This document shows positions 63,666 to 64,000 of a stretch of 64,000 bases of DNA, piece after piece (the first letter of the stretch is position 1; each line of letters starts with the position of its first letter). The position numbers were made by a program, and so were the translations under genes. The notes below the pieces were generated by a model. The model searched no databases. It was not told where the DNA came from and was given only the letters and a program-made list of their open reading frames with translations. Source of the stretch: Calcarisporiella thermophila CBS 279.70 (Eukaryota; Fungi; Calcarisporiellomycota); assembly GCF_041956535.1 (NCBI RefSeq), contig NW_027192194.1, forward strand, positions 1,005,103-1,069,102, written 5' to 3'.

Positions 63666-64000
63666 TGTCTACTTATATTAAGTCTCTGGACTACCAAAAT
63701 TACCGATGTGACTTTATCACTTGTGACTGCTAAGAATGCTACGCTTCAACACTTGTTTACTGTTTCGGGATCGTAAACACTTTTCGAATTGTGCTTCCAC
63801 CTCCAAAGATCCTCAAATTCTTCATTAGATTTTAAGTGGATCCCAGAAAGGGGAGGCATGAGCAAATTATAATTGTAGCATACTCTTAAATTCATACTCA
63901 TTCAGTTTTCTGGTTTACTTGATTTTCTCTCTCGACACAAAAACGCAAAAATAATACTATGCCGTCAACATTTCATACCCTAGAGCGGGAACGTTTGTTC

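Noticed and set aside
1-64000. Selenocysteine or stop-codon readthrough (TGA-CTA) signals
   Set aside because: In-frame stops inside the gene models I traced are removed by canonical introns, and the stop contexts checked lack the readthrough motif

Overview
Gene-dense eukaryotic nuclear DNA with short GT-AG introns (mostly about 50-170 nt, CTAAC-type branch points). Gene content suggests an early-diverging fungus (Mucoromycota/Zoopagomycota-like; inference). About 24 protein genes can be reconstructed: M13 metallopeptidase (5'-truncated), CDF zinc transporter, Tam41, Atos/FAM214, ML/NPC2-like protein, Spc105/KNL1, an uncharacterised helical-repeat protein, Srk1/Rck2-type kinase, PAC4, an acidic orphan, fimbrin, a 60-aa Tudor-like microprotein, Zwilch, DET1, a PA-TM-RING E3, a PPxY membrane protein, Arl8, Leo1, adenosine kinase, Msp1, condensin Ycg1, a LUFS-polyQ-WD40 protein and a PPR protein. 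No rRNA, tRNA, CRISPR or intact mobile element was seen. Most notable: (1) a full-length LEUNIG-type corepressor architecture (LUFS + Q-rich + WD40) in a fungus, whose characterised LUFS proteins (Flo8/Som1) lack WD40; (2) animal/plant-type regulators absent from budding yeast (Zwilch, DET1, Arl8); (3) three chromosome-segregation genes (KNL1, Zwilch, Ycg1) whose promoters share paired CGCG/MCB boxes next to CHR-like TTT(G/A)AA. Gene models were spliced by eye and family calls rest on recalled motifs, not database searches.
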